Below, in pieces: positions 41,901 to 53,975 of a DNA stretch of 64,000 bases. The stretch comes from Macrostomum lignano (lineage: Eukaryota): assembly GCA_002269645.1 (NCBI GenBank), contig NIVC01001810.1, positions 1 to 64,000 on the forward strand. The letters are read 5' to 3'. The notes under the pieces are model-generated. The model ran no database searches and was not told where the DNA came from. It saw only the letters and a program-made list of their open reading frames with translations. The translations under genes were made by a program, and so were the position numbers. Each line of letters opens with the position of its first letter. The first letter of the stretch is position 1.

Positions 41901-44900
41901 CCATAGAAGAACTTGCAGCGAATGTTTTTATATTGTCTATGGCTGGACATTTGCATTGAATGTGAACTTCACGGGGGGGCAGGGCAGCTCATGGATGAAG
42001 GAACTATTCCTTCATTACGTTCCTTCATCCATGGGGCAGCTCGGCCGACAATGATTTTCTGGGCTCGTATTTTGTCGTCAGGGGCGTCACCACCGGGGGG
42101 CGAGGGGGAGCATGCCCCCCCAGTAAAAGATATGGGGATATGCCAATGCTTTGTCCCCCTTGTGACCCGTTATGGAAATCAATAATTTTCTGCAGGGCGA
42201 CAAAACATAGCGCCTGCGGCAACAAAATGAGTGCCTGCGGTGCCACAATGAGTGAGTGTCTGCGACGCCAAAACGAGTGAGTGCCTGCGGCGCTAAAATG
42301 AGTGCCTGCGGTGCCAGAGTGAGTGCCTGCGGCGCTAAAATGAGTGCCTACGGCGCCACAATGAGTGCCTGCGGCGCCACAATGAGTGCCTGCGGTGCCA
42401 GAATGAGTGCCTGCGGCGCCACAATGAGTGCCTGCTGCGCTAAAATGAGTGCCTGTGGCGCTAAAATGAGTGCCTGCGGCGCTAAAACGAATGCCTTCTG
42501 CGCAAAAATGGGTGCCTGCGGCGCTAAAATGAGTGCCTGCGGCGCCAGAATGAGGGCCTGCGGCGCCAGAATGAGTGCCTGCGGCGCCAGAATGAGTGCC
42601 TGTGGTGCTAAAATGAGTGCCTGCGGTGCCAGAATGAGTGAGTACCTGCGGCGCTAAAATGAGTACCTGCGGCGCCAAAATGAGTGCCTGCGGCGCCAGA
42701 ATGAGTGCCTGCGGCGCCAGAATGAGTGCCTGCGGCGCAAAATTGAGTGCCTGCGGCGCCAGAATGAGTGCCTGCGGCGCCAGAATGAGTGCCTGCGGCG
42801 CAAAATTGAGTGCCTGCGGCGCCAGAATGAGTGCCTGCGGCGCCAGAATGAGTGCCTGCGGCGCCAGAATGAGTGCCTGCGGTGCCAGAATGAGTGTTGA
42901 CAACTCCGATTCTGAAAGCAACGTACAGGTAGGAATTTAGTCATGTACATGTACATACAGAATTCTACAGAACCCATGGCGGCGCCCCTGTTTGTCGTAC
43001 ACGCCTGACAATGGGAAGGTCAGAACCGCTGTACACCCAGTGTGAGCTTGGCGTGCTCAGGTGTCAGCGGAACGCTCAGAATTGCTTGCCTTCTCGCTGG
43101 CTGCGGGTCGTCTGTCGCCTTCAGTTGTGACGGCCGGGCTGACTCAGCTTCAATCCCCATCTGCCGCCACTCTTACAGGGCGGAGTGATGGCTATGAACA
43201 TCCACTGGGACTGCAACCTGGACTGGGCCGAGTCCCACTGCACGCCCGAGTACAGCTTCACCCGGCTGGACGATCCCGCGGCCGGCATCTCAAAGGGCTG
43301 GAATTTCCGGTACGCGAATTACTACCGGCAGAATGGGTCCGACTATCGGGTGCTGATCAAAGCCTACGGCCTGCGCTTCATCGTCTACGTGACCGGTCGC
43401 GCTGGCCGGTTCAACATCATCCCGCTGACAATGAACCTGGGCTCCGGCCTGGCACTGCTCGGCTTGGTGAGGCCTCTATGGTTGTCTCCATGCCAAATGC
43501 GACGGTATAAGCGCTGAGTCTGATTGTTTAAGCGCTGAGTCTGATTGTTTAAGCGCTGAGTCTGATTTTATAAGCGCTGAGGCTGATTTTATAAGCGCTG
43601 AGGCTGATTTTATAAGCGCTGAGGCTGATTTTATAAGCACTGAATCTGATTGTTTAAGCGCTGAGTCTGATTGTTTAAGCGCTGAGTCTGAGTTTATAAG
43701 CGCTGAGGCTGATTTTATAAGCACTGAGTCTGATTGTTTAAGCGCTGAGTCTGATTTTATAAGCGCTGAGGCTGATTTTATAAGCGCTGAGTCTGATTGT
43801 TTAAGCGCTGAGTCTGATTGTTTAAGCGCTGAGTCTGATTTTATAAGCGCTGAGTCTGATTTTATAAGCGCTGAGGCTGATTTTATAAGCACTGAATCTG
43901 ATTGTTTAAGCGCTGAGTCTGATTGTTTAAGCGCTGAGTCTGATTTTATAAGCGCTGAGTCTGATTGTTTAAGCGCTGAGTCTGATTGTTTAAGCGCTGA
44001 GTCTGATTTTATAAGCGCTGAGGCTGATTTTATAAGCGCTGAGTCTGATTGTTTAAGCGCTGAGTCTGATTTTATAAGCGCTGAGGCTGATTTTATAAGC
44101 ACTGAATCTGATTGTTTAAGCGCTGAGTCTGATTTTATAAGCGCTGAGGCTGATTTTATAAGCGCTGAGTCTGATTGTTTAAGCGCTGAGTCTGATTGTT
44201 TAAGCGCTGAGTCTGATTTTATAAGCGCTGAGGCTGATTTTATAAGCGCTGAGTCTGATTGTTTAAGCGCTGAGTCTGATTTTATAAGCGCTGAGGCTGA
44301 TTTTATAAGCACTGAATCTGATTGTTTAAGCGCTGAGTCTGATTGTTTAAGCGCTGAGTCTGATTGTTTAAGCGCTGAGTCTGATTTTATAAGCGCTGAG
44401 GCTGATTTTATAAGCGCTGAGTCTGATTGTATAAGCGTTGAATTCGATTTTATAAGCGTTGAATTCGATTTTATAAGCGCTAAGTCTGCAAAAACCCTAG
44501 CCAGATATTTTCCACAAAATTCGAAATCACGAGTATTTCACACGCCTCTGTCTACTCGCAGTATCTGCATGCTCAGTGCAAATCAATGCTGTTTTCCAAT
44601 CTCCACTCCGCTCACCTCCGACACAGGCGACGATTCTGTGCGATGTCATCGTGTTGCACCTGCTCAGGAAGCGCTCCGCCTACCGAGAGGCCAAGTTCCA
44701 GCAGATGGAAGACGAAGACGCCTACAAGGTGCGCACCGGGGCCTCCCAAGCAGGATTCGTTTATCGAATGTTAATTTAAAGTGCATCTTTGTTTCATTTT
44801 TTTGCTATTCTAACAGGCGATGAACGATGAGGAGGCCGAGGAGTCTGAGCTGGCGGCCGGATCTGCTGGAGCTGCCTCTGCCGCCGTCGGCTCGAGTGCA

Positions 44901-44930
44901 AAGCCGGACTATGGGGCCACTGGGGAGTGA
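38957..44930 (+). CDS. P2RX4: P2X ATP-gated ion channel (P2X4-like), 426 aa. Exons 38957-39108, 39252-39405, 39705-40027, 41239-41386, 43179-43466, 44627-44728 and 44817-44930.
   Basis: FEYETYK, TSKVKG, WDVADY, NFTVLIKN, WDCNLD, GWNFRYA, LIKAYG and YREAK (YxxxK) motifs, plus all ten ectodomain cysteines. All junctions are GT-AG. Exon sum 1281 nt = 427 codons. The symbol denotes the closest vertebrate type, not proven orthology. Confidence 0.95.
39443..39652. repeat. Degenerate GGGATCCCTAAGGGTTTGGGATT-like repeat in P2X intron 2
   Basis: Direct reading; irregular unit length. Confidence 0.65.
40089..41088. repeat. ~30-bp minisatellite (GACCGCCGCTACCCACTCACCCCCTTCAGT) in P2X intron 3
   Basis: Direct reading; C-run length varies. 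Confidence 0.95.
42079..42990. mobile_element. Non-autonomous hAT-type element (912 bp) in P2X intron 4, containing a 21-bp minisatellite
   Basis: TIRs CAGGGGCGTCACCA and CAGGGGCGCCGCCA (12/14). Perfect 8-bp TSD TTTGTCGT at 42071-42078 and 42991-42998. Confidence 0.85.
42227..42896. repeat. 21-bp minisatellite (AATGAGTGCCTGCGGCGCCAG) inside the hAT-type element
   Basis: Direct reading. Confidence 0.93.
43508..44487. repeat. 21-bp minisatellite (TAAGCGCTGAGTCTGATTGTT and variants) in P2X intron 5
   Basis: Direct reading. Confidence 0.95.
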
Positions 44931-44941
44931 CCGGCCATGGA

Positions 44942-45423
<482 letters not shown>

Positions 45424-45842
45424 TCCTCTGCGCACCAGGACACAGTAGTTCACAATATATTTTAACCGGTTGGCGCTATTTACTCAAAATTTTAGCCACT
45501 TGAGTTCGGTTGCTGTCTGTTTGCGTTGGTTCAGCTTCAATATTATCCATGCCCTATGCCGATATCTTCTCCGCCTCACTGATCCGAGTCAAATGCAAAT
45601 TTGCCGCTTCGATTTTTCTTCCTGGCCACAAGGAACTCCTGCATGGCGCAGGCGGGCTGGGTTCCTCTGTCAACAATCAGCTTGCCTCCAGCCTCCAGCC
45701 TCCAGCCTTTTATACCTTAGAAAATATCCTTTAAAGTGGCGCTCTTTGTTCTCGCGTTTAGTCTAGTCTAGCCCTAATTTTATTAGTCTTTAAGTACGTT
45801 TCCTATGCACTCTAGCGCAGGCAACACCCACCTCCCTCCCCA

Positions 45843-46200
45843 TACTAGTGTACATTATTTGCTAATGTACATTGCTAGTGTACAATGCTGGTGTACATTG
45901 CTAGTGTACAACGCTGGTGTACATTGCTAGTGTACAATGCTGGTGTACATTTCTAATGTTACATTGCTAATGTTACATTGCTAGTGTTACATTGCTAGTG
46001 TTACATTTCTAGTGTTACATTGCTAGTGTACAATGCTAGTGTACATTGCTAGTGTACATTGCTAGCGTACATTGCTAGTGTACATTGCTAGTGTACATTG
46101 CTAGTGTTGCATTGCTAGTGTACATTGCTGTGTTGCATTGCTAGTGAACATTGCTGGTGTACATTGCTAGTGTAGAATGCTGGTGTACATTGCTAGTGTA
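45843..46200. repeat. Degenerate ~13-bp repeat (CTAGTGTACATTG)
   Basis: Direct reading. Confidence 0.85.
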
Positions 46201-46741
46201 ATTATCACTAATAGTTGGTTGAGCAAAACTTCCAGGCAAAAGTTGTTCAATGTACATACCAAGTACGTTGTACTTTTGTCCACGGACCGCGAAAAGCGGC
46301 AAGTAATATTATAAGCACTTAGCAAGCCTCTCCAGTGATGGGTGTCCCTCCGCCTGCACTCCACATCCGTTTAGAATCCTAATTACCTGCTACAAATTTA
46401 CTCAGCCTTTGTCTGATTATGACTGTACTTTGTTATCTATACTTGTTACTTTTCTTTTCTCTCTGTGGTGTGGGCGCGGCATTGTACTCAGATCAAATAC
46501 ACGCACAACAGCTGTGCTCAGCGAGCCGTCTTGAAACAGCAGGCTATGAGTTGGAAACAGGATCTGCAATTCAGAGTAAATATGTACCTTTCCGATTTCG
46601 CTTCCTTTAATCAGGTAGATATGCTGTTGATCTAGATTCCATATTAAACACTGTAGCAGGCATTTCATACCGTCTTGATGACTACAGCAAAAACAAGTTA
46701 GTTTCGGTCTGTCCTGATCCCCTGCAGTTTCTTTCCTTGCA

Positions 46742-47380
46742 GCCCCCTTCATCCCTGCGATCGCCTTTTAGTGTGTCCCTGCAATTCATTGTATCCCTGC
46801 ACAGTGTCTCCCTGCAATCCCCCTTCATTGTCTCCCTGCACAGTGTCTCAATGCAATCCCCCTTCATTGTCTCCCTGCAGTCTCACTTCATTGTCTCCCT
46901 GCACAGAGTGTCCCTGCAATTTCCCTTCAATATGTCCCTGCAATTTCCCTTCGATATGTCCCTGCAATTTCCCTTCAGTGTGTCCCTGCAATTTCCCTTC
47001 AATATGTCCCTGCAATTTCCCTTCACTGTCTCCCTGCAGTCTCCCTTCATTGTCTCCCTGCAGTCTCTCTTCATTGTCTCCCTGCAGTCTCACTTCATTG
47101 TCTCCCTGCAGTCTCCTTTCATTGTCTCCCTGCAGTCTCCCTTCATTGTCTCCCTTCATTGTCTCCCTTCATTGTCTCCCTGCAGTCTCCCTTCATTGTC
47201 TCCCTGCGATTTCCCTTCAGCGTCTCCCTGCAATTTCCCTTCACTGTGTCCCTGCAATATCCCTCCATTGTCTCCCTGCACAGAGTGTCCCTGCAATCTC
47301 CCTTCAATCTCCCTTGATTGTCTCCCTGCACAGTGTCTCCCTTCAATTTCCCTCCATTGTCTTCCCGCAGTCTCCCTTCA
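46742..47380. repeat. ~24-bp pyrimidine-rich minisatellite (TCTCCCTGCAGTCTCCCTTCATTG)
   Basis: Direct reading. Confidence 0.88.
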
Positions 47381-48350
47381 ATCAGCCAATCATGCTCGCC
47401 ATCTCAGCACAGCCGAGCACTTTTGCTTCAAGGCCGCAGAGTCTTGGACCCAAGCGAGCCGAATCCAGTAGCAAAATGCCAATGTAGGGAAGTCAGAGCT
47501 GCTACACTGGCAATTCTTTTAATCTCGTCCTGCATCCCCAGCCCTGGGGGCAGCCGGCTCTCCAGTTTCATTCTGCTCATCATCAAATTGATGCTTAATC
47601 TCGATTTCCTCTCTGCCTCCCTGTTGTCCAACTGGCTAGCGCAGCCGTCTCAAAGCCAGCCCAGTCGGCAGGGGTATCGGGTTCGCCGTGTTGTCGCCGT
47701 CGCCGAGGCCAATTCGTCACGGACGTCGATCGCCCCGGGTCCAGCTGGCTGCTGCGCCGCTTGCAGTCGGGCCCGTAGGCGCGGACTCTGGGAGGGGGTT
47801 GGGAGGGGAAATCTGGCACTCTTCAGATGGGGAGACGGGCTGGCAGCGTGACTCGGCATCACCTCCGGCCGGCTGCTCAGCCCTGAGCCGCGCACGCTAC
47901 TGCGGGGACACGCGGCCCGCTCGATGCGCTGAAGGAGGCGGCAGGGGGGGGGGGGGCAGCCGCCCGCGTATCGCCTTTCGCGCTGCCCCTGTTGCAGATT
48001 TGTTTAAGCGCCGAGTTCGTCATCGGATCAGGCATCCAGCGGAGGCTGGGACCCCTCCACCCCCCCCCCACCTACCGCTAATCCGTGGCAACTCGACTCT
48101 CCGCCCTCCCAGCCCGGCCAAGGATTACCTTTAGGGGGAACCTGGATCGTCCAGAGAGTCTGACTGTTTCAAAGCCTTCATTTTCATACAGGGTTAGGGT
48201 GACCCGCTATTTTCCTGAGCTTCTACTTGCTCGCTGACTGACGCCTCAATATCCTTCAGTCGGGTGTCTGAACCGAATTCATGCATTGCAGGTGTCCTCG
48301 GCACAAGTTCAAATCCTAATGCTCCAAGTACATGTAATTGCTCATAATTT

Positions 48351-48532
48351 AAACCGACAGCTCTGAATGCTGCGTACGGCTGTTCATTCCAAGGACCCTC
48401 AATTACCTGAAGCTGAAGCAATGCAGAGTCAAATGTCTCGCTCAAAGACACAATTTTTTACGAGTAGGTCGAGAGACTCGAACCCCTGACCCTTCAGTCG
48501 TAAGTCCGACACTAACCACTAGGCCACAACCC
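48351..48532 (-). mobile_element. tRNA-headed SINE copy B with two internal deletions
   Basis: The reverse complement begins AGGGGTTGTGGCCTAGTGGTTAGTGTCGGACTTACGACTGAAGGGTCAGGGGTTCGAGTC. It then contains TGTGTCTTTGAGCGAGACATTT and GGTCCTTGGAATGAACAGCCGTACGCAGC, matching copies A and C. Confidence 0.8.
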
Positions 48533-49577
48533 CTTACTTAACTCTGCTCATAAAGGGACATCTGTTGATAAAATAAATACAGAAAACAGCTGCTATAGTC
48601 GCCTCATTGTGAATTCTGTGAGAGAAGTTGCAACTCCAGAATCTTCTTGCACTCAGGGTCTCCTTGGCCCGGCTTGCGTGCCGCGCAACAGACTGCGCTC
48701 AGGCGGAGTTCTCAGATTCTCAGCAGACCCGAGTGCGGCAGGAGGCACGCAACTTGCTGCTGCTATTCGAGTTGCTTGCTGAAAGCATTCGCTCTGATTT
48801 TCCCTACATTCGGAGTTGTTTACACTGCGTATGCATGCCGAGCATCAGTGCTGCCTGCGGGCCTACTTGTGCTCTGGTGCGTCTTCGCATGAGGTCGGGT
48901 ACGGGACTGCAGGACAGAGAGACTGTTTGCACCAACAACAGACAGCCGTGACTTTCTATTGACTTTCAGTTTGTTCATCATTTCGCTCAAATTCCCTCAA
49001 ATAATGGTGACAAACTTTTGGAGTGCTGGATTCCGCTCTCCAGCTTCGAGGTCGTGACCCCTTGCACTGGCCGTGAGCACACCGGGAACCTACAAGGGAA
49101 CTGAGGATTTACACTTCTCTGTTTATCGGCTTTGATCTCTGGTCTCTACGGCAGTTTTTCCGATTGCAGTCTCAGGTGGGCGCATCCGAGTGGCTCTTTC
49201 ACTCTGGCCTTCGCCAGGCTTTTAAGTCGCTAATTGCCCTTCTCTGGCACGCAGCTGCGGGCCGGAGTGCCGCCTTAGTTTCGGCCCGACTCATTAAATA
49301 ATGCATCATCTGGTCATCGCACGCTCCACTCGGGACCCGCTGGTCCCCGCGCTGCTGCAGCTGTATGCAAATCCAGCCCGCCGTGCAGCCCGAGTCCATT
49401 CCGCTCTGTCCTCTTCTCCGATTTTCTCCGCTTCGGTGATCGATTGGGTGATTTTTCTCCTCCCTGGGTGGTTGCTTTGTGCGAGTTGAGATCGTCGGCT
49501 GTCTTGAGCTCTGAATGTTTGCATTGGAATTGAGAACTTTTGCTTGGGAAGGTTGTTGTCTTAATGCCAGAAGGATG

Positions 49578-50156
49578 GGGGCTGATGCTGTCGAGTGCGT
49601 TTCAGGGTAGGGGCTGATGCTGTCGAATGCATTTCAGGACAGGGGGCGGATGCTGTCGAATGCATTTCAGGACAGGGGGCGGATGCTTTCGAATGCATTT
49701 CAGGACAGGGGGCGGATGCTGTCGAATGCATTTCAGGACAGGGGGCGGATGCTGTCGAATGCATTTCAGGACAGGGGGCTGATGCTGTCGAATGCATTTC
49801 AGGACAGGGGGCGGATGCTGTCGAATGCATTTCAGGACAGGGGGCGGATGCTGTCAAATGCATTTCAGGACAGGGGGCGGATGCTTTCGAATGCATTTCA
49901 GAACAGGGGGCGGATGCTGTCGAATGCATTTCAGGACAGGGGGCGGATGCTGTCAAATGCATTTCAGGACAGGGGGCGGATGCTTTCGAATGCATTTCAG
50001 AACAGGGGGCGGATGCTGTCGAATGCATTTCAGGACAGGGGGCGGATGCTGTCGAATGCATTTCAGGACAGGGGGCGGATGCTGTCGAATGCATTTCAGG
50101 ACAGGGGGCGGATGCTGTCGAATGCATTTCAGGACAGGGGGCGGGTGCTGTCGAAT
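49578..50156. repeat. 33-bp minisatellite (GATGCTGTCGAATGCATTTCAGGACAGGGGGCG), about 17 copies
   Basis: Direct reading. Confidence 0.95.
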
Positions 50157-50202
50157 AAGTTTTAGGGTAGGTGCGAATGCTGTTGGGTTTTTTATGACAG
50201 TA

Positions 50203-50468
50203 GGGGTTGTAGCCTAGTGGTTAGAGCGTCGGACTCACGATTTGAAGGTCAGGGGTTCGATTCCTGATCCCACTGGAACAATTTGTGCCCTTAAGCAAAA
50301 CACTTAACTCTGCATTGCTCCAGTTCACCCAGCTGTTAAATGGGCGCCAGCGTTAGCTTGGGAAATTGAAGGTGCGTGGCGCCTCCCCCCCCCCAGTCCT
50401 TGGACTGAACAGCCGTACGCAGCCTTCAGATGCGCCGCGCAATAGCTGCGGCTGAGCTGTCGGTTGCA
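50203..50468 (+). mobile_element. tRNA-headed SINE copy C (most complete)
   Basis: A-box TAGCCTAGTGG and B-box GGTTCGATTCC, followed by the CORE-like segment and 3' body shared with copies A and B. Confidence 0.82.
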
Positions 50469-50768
50469 TGGGGAAGGTATAGTAGATTTTTTATTAAATA
50501 TTGTTAATTATTATTATGAGAGGCTGCTGACGCAAAGAAAGGCTTCAAAGGGGCTGCAGTCAATCAGGCTTTGCTGCTGACATCTTAGGCTGAAGAAGTT
50601 TTTTAGCCAATCAGGACAATCCACGGGCTGATGATGAATCAGATTGGCTGCCCAGTGAGGCTGGGTCGAGCCCCAGCAGTAAAAGCCGCTGCCCGATCGC
50701 ACCGGATTCCAAGAAAGCCCGAACCGCCTCGCCTTGCTGGCAGAATTGCGCTGAACTCAGAGCCGGGC

Positions 50769-53700
50769 ATGACGGCCTGCCAGAGCCCCGGAGAGGCCGC
50801 GCCGCCCTCCGCCATCTACCGGTGGGTGAAGTGCACCAACAACACGGCGCTGATCCGCTTCATGCAGGCCAACGAGCAGCGGATGCTGGACCAGATGAAG
50901 CAGGAGCTGCCCGCCATGCTCGGCCTCGCCGCCGCCTTCGCCGTCCTCATCGTGGCGGGCGGCCTGGCGAACTTCCTGCTGGCCGGCGCCCTCTGCTCAC
51001 GGCGGGCGCTGCGCTCCAACTCGCACGGCCTGTTCGTGCTCAACCTGGCCTGCTCGGACCTGCTGCTCTGCCTCATCACCCAGCCGCTCAACCTCATGCA
51101 GCTGCTGCAGAGTCAGTATGGCTGGCCCTATGGAGAGCCGCTGTGCAAGGCTGCCAGCCTGCTGACCGGCCTGAACCTCTTCGTCTCCACCTTCTCCGTC
51201 AGCGCCGTGGCTCTGGAGCGCTTCCGGGTAGGCAAAGAGCTGATGACGTCATCGGTGGATTGGCCAAAAAATGTTTTTTTTCGAAGAATGGGACTAGAGT
51301 GACATTGAGCATGCTGGGACTAGAGTGACATTGTGTATGCTGGGACTAGAGTGACATTATGTATGCTGGGACTAGAGTGACATTATGTATGCTGGGACTA
51401 GAGTGACATTATGTATGCTGGGACTAGAGTGACATTGAGCATGCTGGGACTAGAGTGACATTGAGCATGCTGGGACTAGAGTGACATTGAGAAATCTGGG
51501 ACTAGAGTGATATGAGCATGCTGGGACTAGAGTGACATTGAGCATGCTGGGACTAGAGTGACATGGAGAAATCTGGGACCAGAGTGACACTGAGCATGCT
51601 GGGACTAGAGACCAGAGTGACATGGAGAAATCTGGGACCAGAGTGACATTGAGCATGCTGGGACTAGAGACCAGAGTGACATGGAGAAATCTGGGACCAG
51701 AGTGACATTGAGCATGCTGGGACTAGAGTGACATTGAGCATGCTGGGACTAGAGTGACATTGAGCATGCTGGGACTAGAGTGACATGGAGAAATCTGGGA
51801 CTAGAGTGATATGAGCATGCTGGGACTAGAGTGACATTGAGCATGCTGGGACTAGAGTGACATGGAGAAATCCGGGACCAGAGTGACACTGAGCATGCTG
51901 GGACTAGAGACCAGAGTGACATGGAGAAATCTGGGACCAGAGTGACATTGAGCATGCTGGGACTAGAGACCAGAGTGACATGGAGAAATCTGGGACCAGA
52001 GTGACATTGAGCATGCTGGGACTAGAGTGACACTGAGCATGCTGGGGAATAGAGAGAATGGCATCACATGGCTGGCCATCCTGACTCAAGTCTTGAGAGC
52101 AGATTTGTCTGTTCTGCAACCTTTCTGGCCGCTTGTCGCTCAAAGTTAAACTCTGAATTGCAAACAGAGCAAGTAGGAAATCTGCTGCCTTAGAAAAGCT
52201 TTCTCGTTCAGTCCTCCCAGCCTCTTCCTGCACCAGGATTTGGAGCGGGTGGGGGATTTGGGATGCTGGAAGGGAAATTGTGCAGCCGCTTGTCGGGCCC
52301 TTCCGGTCCCGGGAGAATCCGAACACAGAGTGCTGGGAGCTTCTCTCGCCGCTGAATCAACAGTGCCGCGTCTTGGATTCTTGGATTATCAACAGTGGCC
52401 CCCTGCTTTGATAGAGAGCCGCTTCTTCAGTCCTGCGTGTTGGATTCAACTACTGTAAATCTTAGGACCTGGCAGGAGCATTTATTGAAACTTTTCCCAG
52501 TGTGCGTTGACGGTGCAGTCAAAAATTTCCTTTGACAAAGAACAACTGACATCGTTTGGGTCTTTTTTTTCTTTGCTGTCTGGGATTAAAATGCATGCGC
52601 AATTTAACAATCGTAGGCATGGGTGACAACAGCAGAGCTGCAATTTAACAATCGTAGGCATGGGTGACAACAGCAGAGCTGCAATTTAACAATCGTAGGC
52701 ATGGGTGACAACATCGGGACTGCACTTTAACAATCGTAGGCATGGGTGACAACATCGGGACTGCACTTTAACAATCGTAGGCATGGGTGACAACATCGGG
52801 ACTGCACTTTAACAATCGTAGGCATGGGTGACAACATCGGGACTGCACTTTAACAATCGTAGGCATGGGTGACAACATCGGGACTGCACTTTAACAATCG
52901 TAGGCATGGGTGACAACAGCAGAGCTGCAATTTAACAACCGTAGGCATGGGTGACAACAGCAGAGCTGCAATTTAACAACCAAAGCTCTCGAGTCGGTCC
53001 GCGACGGCCCTGGCGAGAATATTTTGGGTGGGAATATTGGCCTCGGACCAAAATAAAGCAAGAGACGACGTACCCACTGTGATGTGTGCCTGGGTTTTAT
53101 GACCCGGATGCCACTTGACCCCGCAGACCATCGTTCACCCCTCGGCGGGCGCTCTGCCGATCCTGCGCTGCCGTGTGGTGGTGCTGGGCATCTGGGCTCT
53201 GGGCCTGCTCATGGCCTCTCCAATGGCGCTGATGTCGCAGGTGACTGAGAACGAGATGATCATCAGCAGGCAGGAGTGGCTGTGCATCGAGAACATGAGC
53301 CAGCACTGGACGCAGCTCAAGGTGGCTTACAGCGGCGTCACCCTGGCCGTGCAGTTCCTCATCCCCCTGCTGGTGCTGGCCGTGGCGCACGCCAGAATCT
53401 CCCGCTTCCTCCGGCGTCGCCTAACGGGCGTGGGTGTCGGCGCGGGAGCCGCCAGCGTCGGCGCCCCGCTGACGTCGCAGCAGACGCCGGCCGTGACAGT
53501 CAGCGAGTACCGGAAGCAGCGCTGCGCCCTTGAGGCGCGACGCCAGGCCCGAGCCAAGGCGCTACTGGTGGCCACGGTGGCCGTGTTCGCGGTCTGCTGG
53601 TGCCCCCTCACCATCGCCAACATCCGGCTAGACGTGCAGACTCTGCTGGACTCAGGCAGCGGCAAGAGAAGCGACGGTGGCGGCGGCGGCGGCAGCGGCG

Positions 53701-53975
53701 GTGACGGCGATGGTGCCGGAGGCGCTACGCACATCCGCATTGGTCAGGGCGTCTGCCTGCTGATGGTGCTGCTGTCCGCCTGCGCCAACCCGCTGCTGCA
53801 CGGCTGCTGCAACCGCAACCTGCGCAAGGAGCTGCGCCGCTGCCTGTGCAGCCGCTGCCGCAGCCGCAGCCGCAGCGCCGCCCAGCCGGTGACGATCGCC
53901 CTGGCCGAGAAGCGGTCCCGGCACTGCGAGGTCGCCGTCGAAGAGTTGAAGAATGGCGACGCAGAGATTGAGTAG
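50769..53975 (+). CDS. Class A neuropeptide GPCR (NPY/NPF receptor-like). Exons 50769-51227 and 53127-53975, about 435 aa; the start could be further upstream (ORF open from 50631).
   Basis: NLACSDLLLC (TM2), WPYGEPLCK, ALERFR|TIVHP across a phase-0 GT-AG intron, EWLCIENM (ECL2), FAVCWCP (TM6) and ACANPLLHG (TM7). N-terminal NNT glycosylation sequon. Confidence 0.9.
51290..52046. repeat. 26-bp minisatellite (TGGGACTAGAGTGACATTGAGCATGC and variants) in the GPCR intron
   Basis: Direct reading. Confidence 0.93.
52600..52981. repeat. 41-bp minisatellite (TTTAACAATCGTAGGCATGGGTGACAACATCGGGACTGCAC), about 9 copies, in the GPCR intron
   Basis: Direct reading; two subtypes. Confidence 0.93.

Noticed and set aside
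47600-49530. GC-rich segment and several 60-150 aa ORFs as a possible additional gene
   Set aside because: No domain similarity, and I could not assemble a coherent exon chain. Left unannotated rather than excluded.
50203-50275. Possible tRNA-Val gene
   Set aside because: The acceptor stem is poorly formed, there is no oligo-T terminator, and it continues into a body shared with two other dispersed copies. It is a SINE head.
52985-53012. GCGACGGCCCTG as the right TIR of an element carrying the 41-bp array
   Set aside because: No matching left TIR or target duplication was found upstream.
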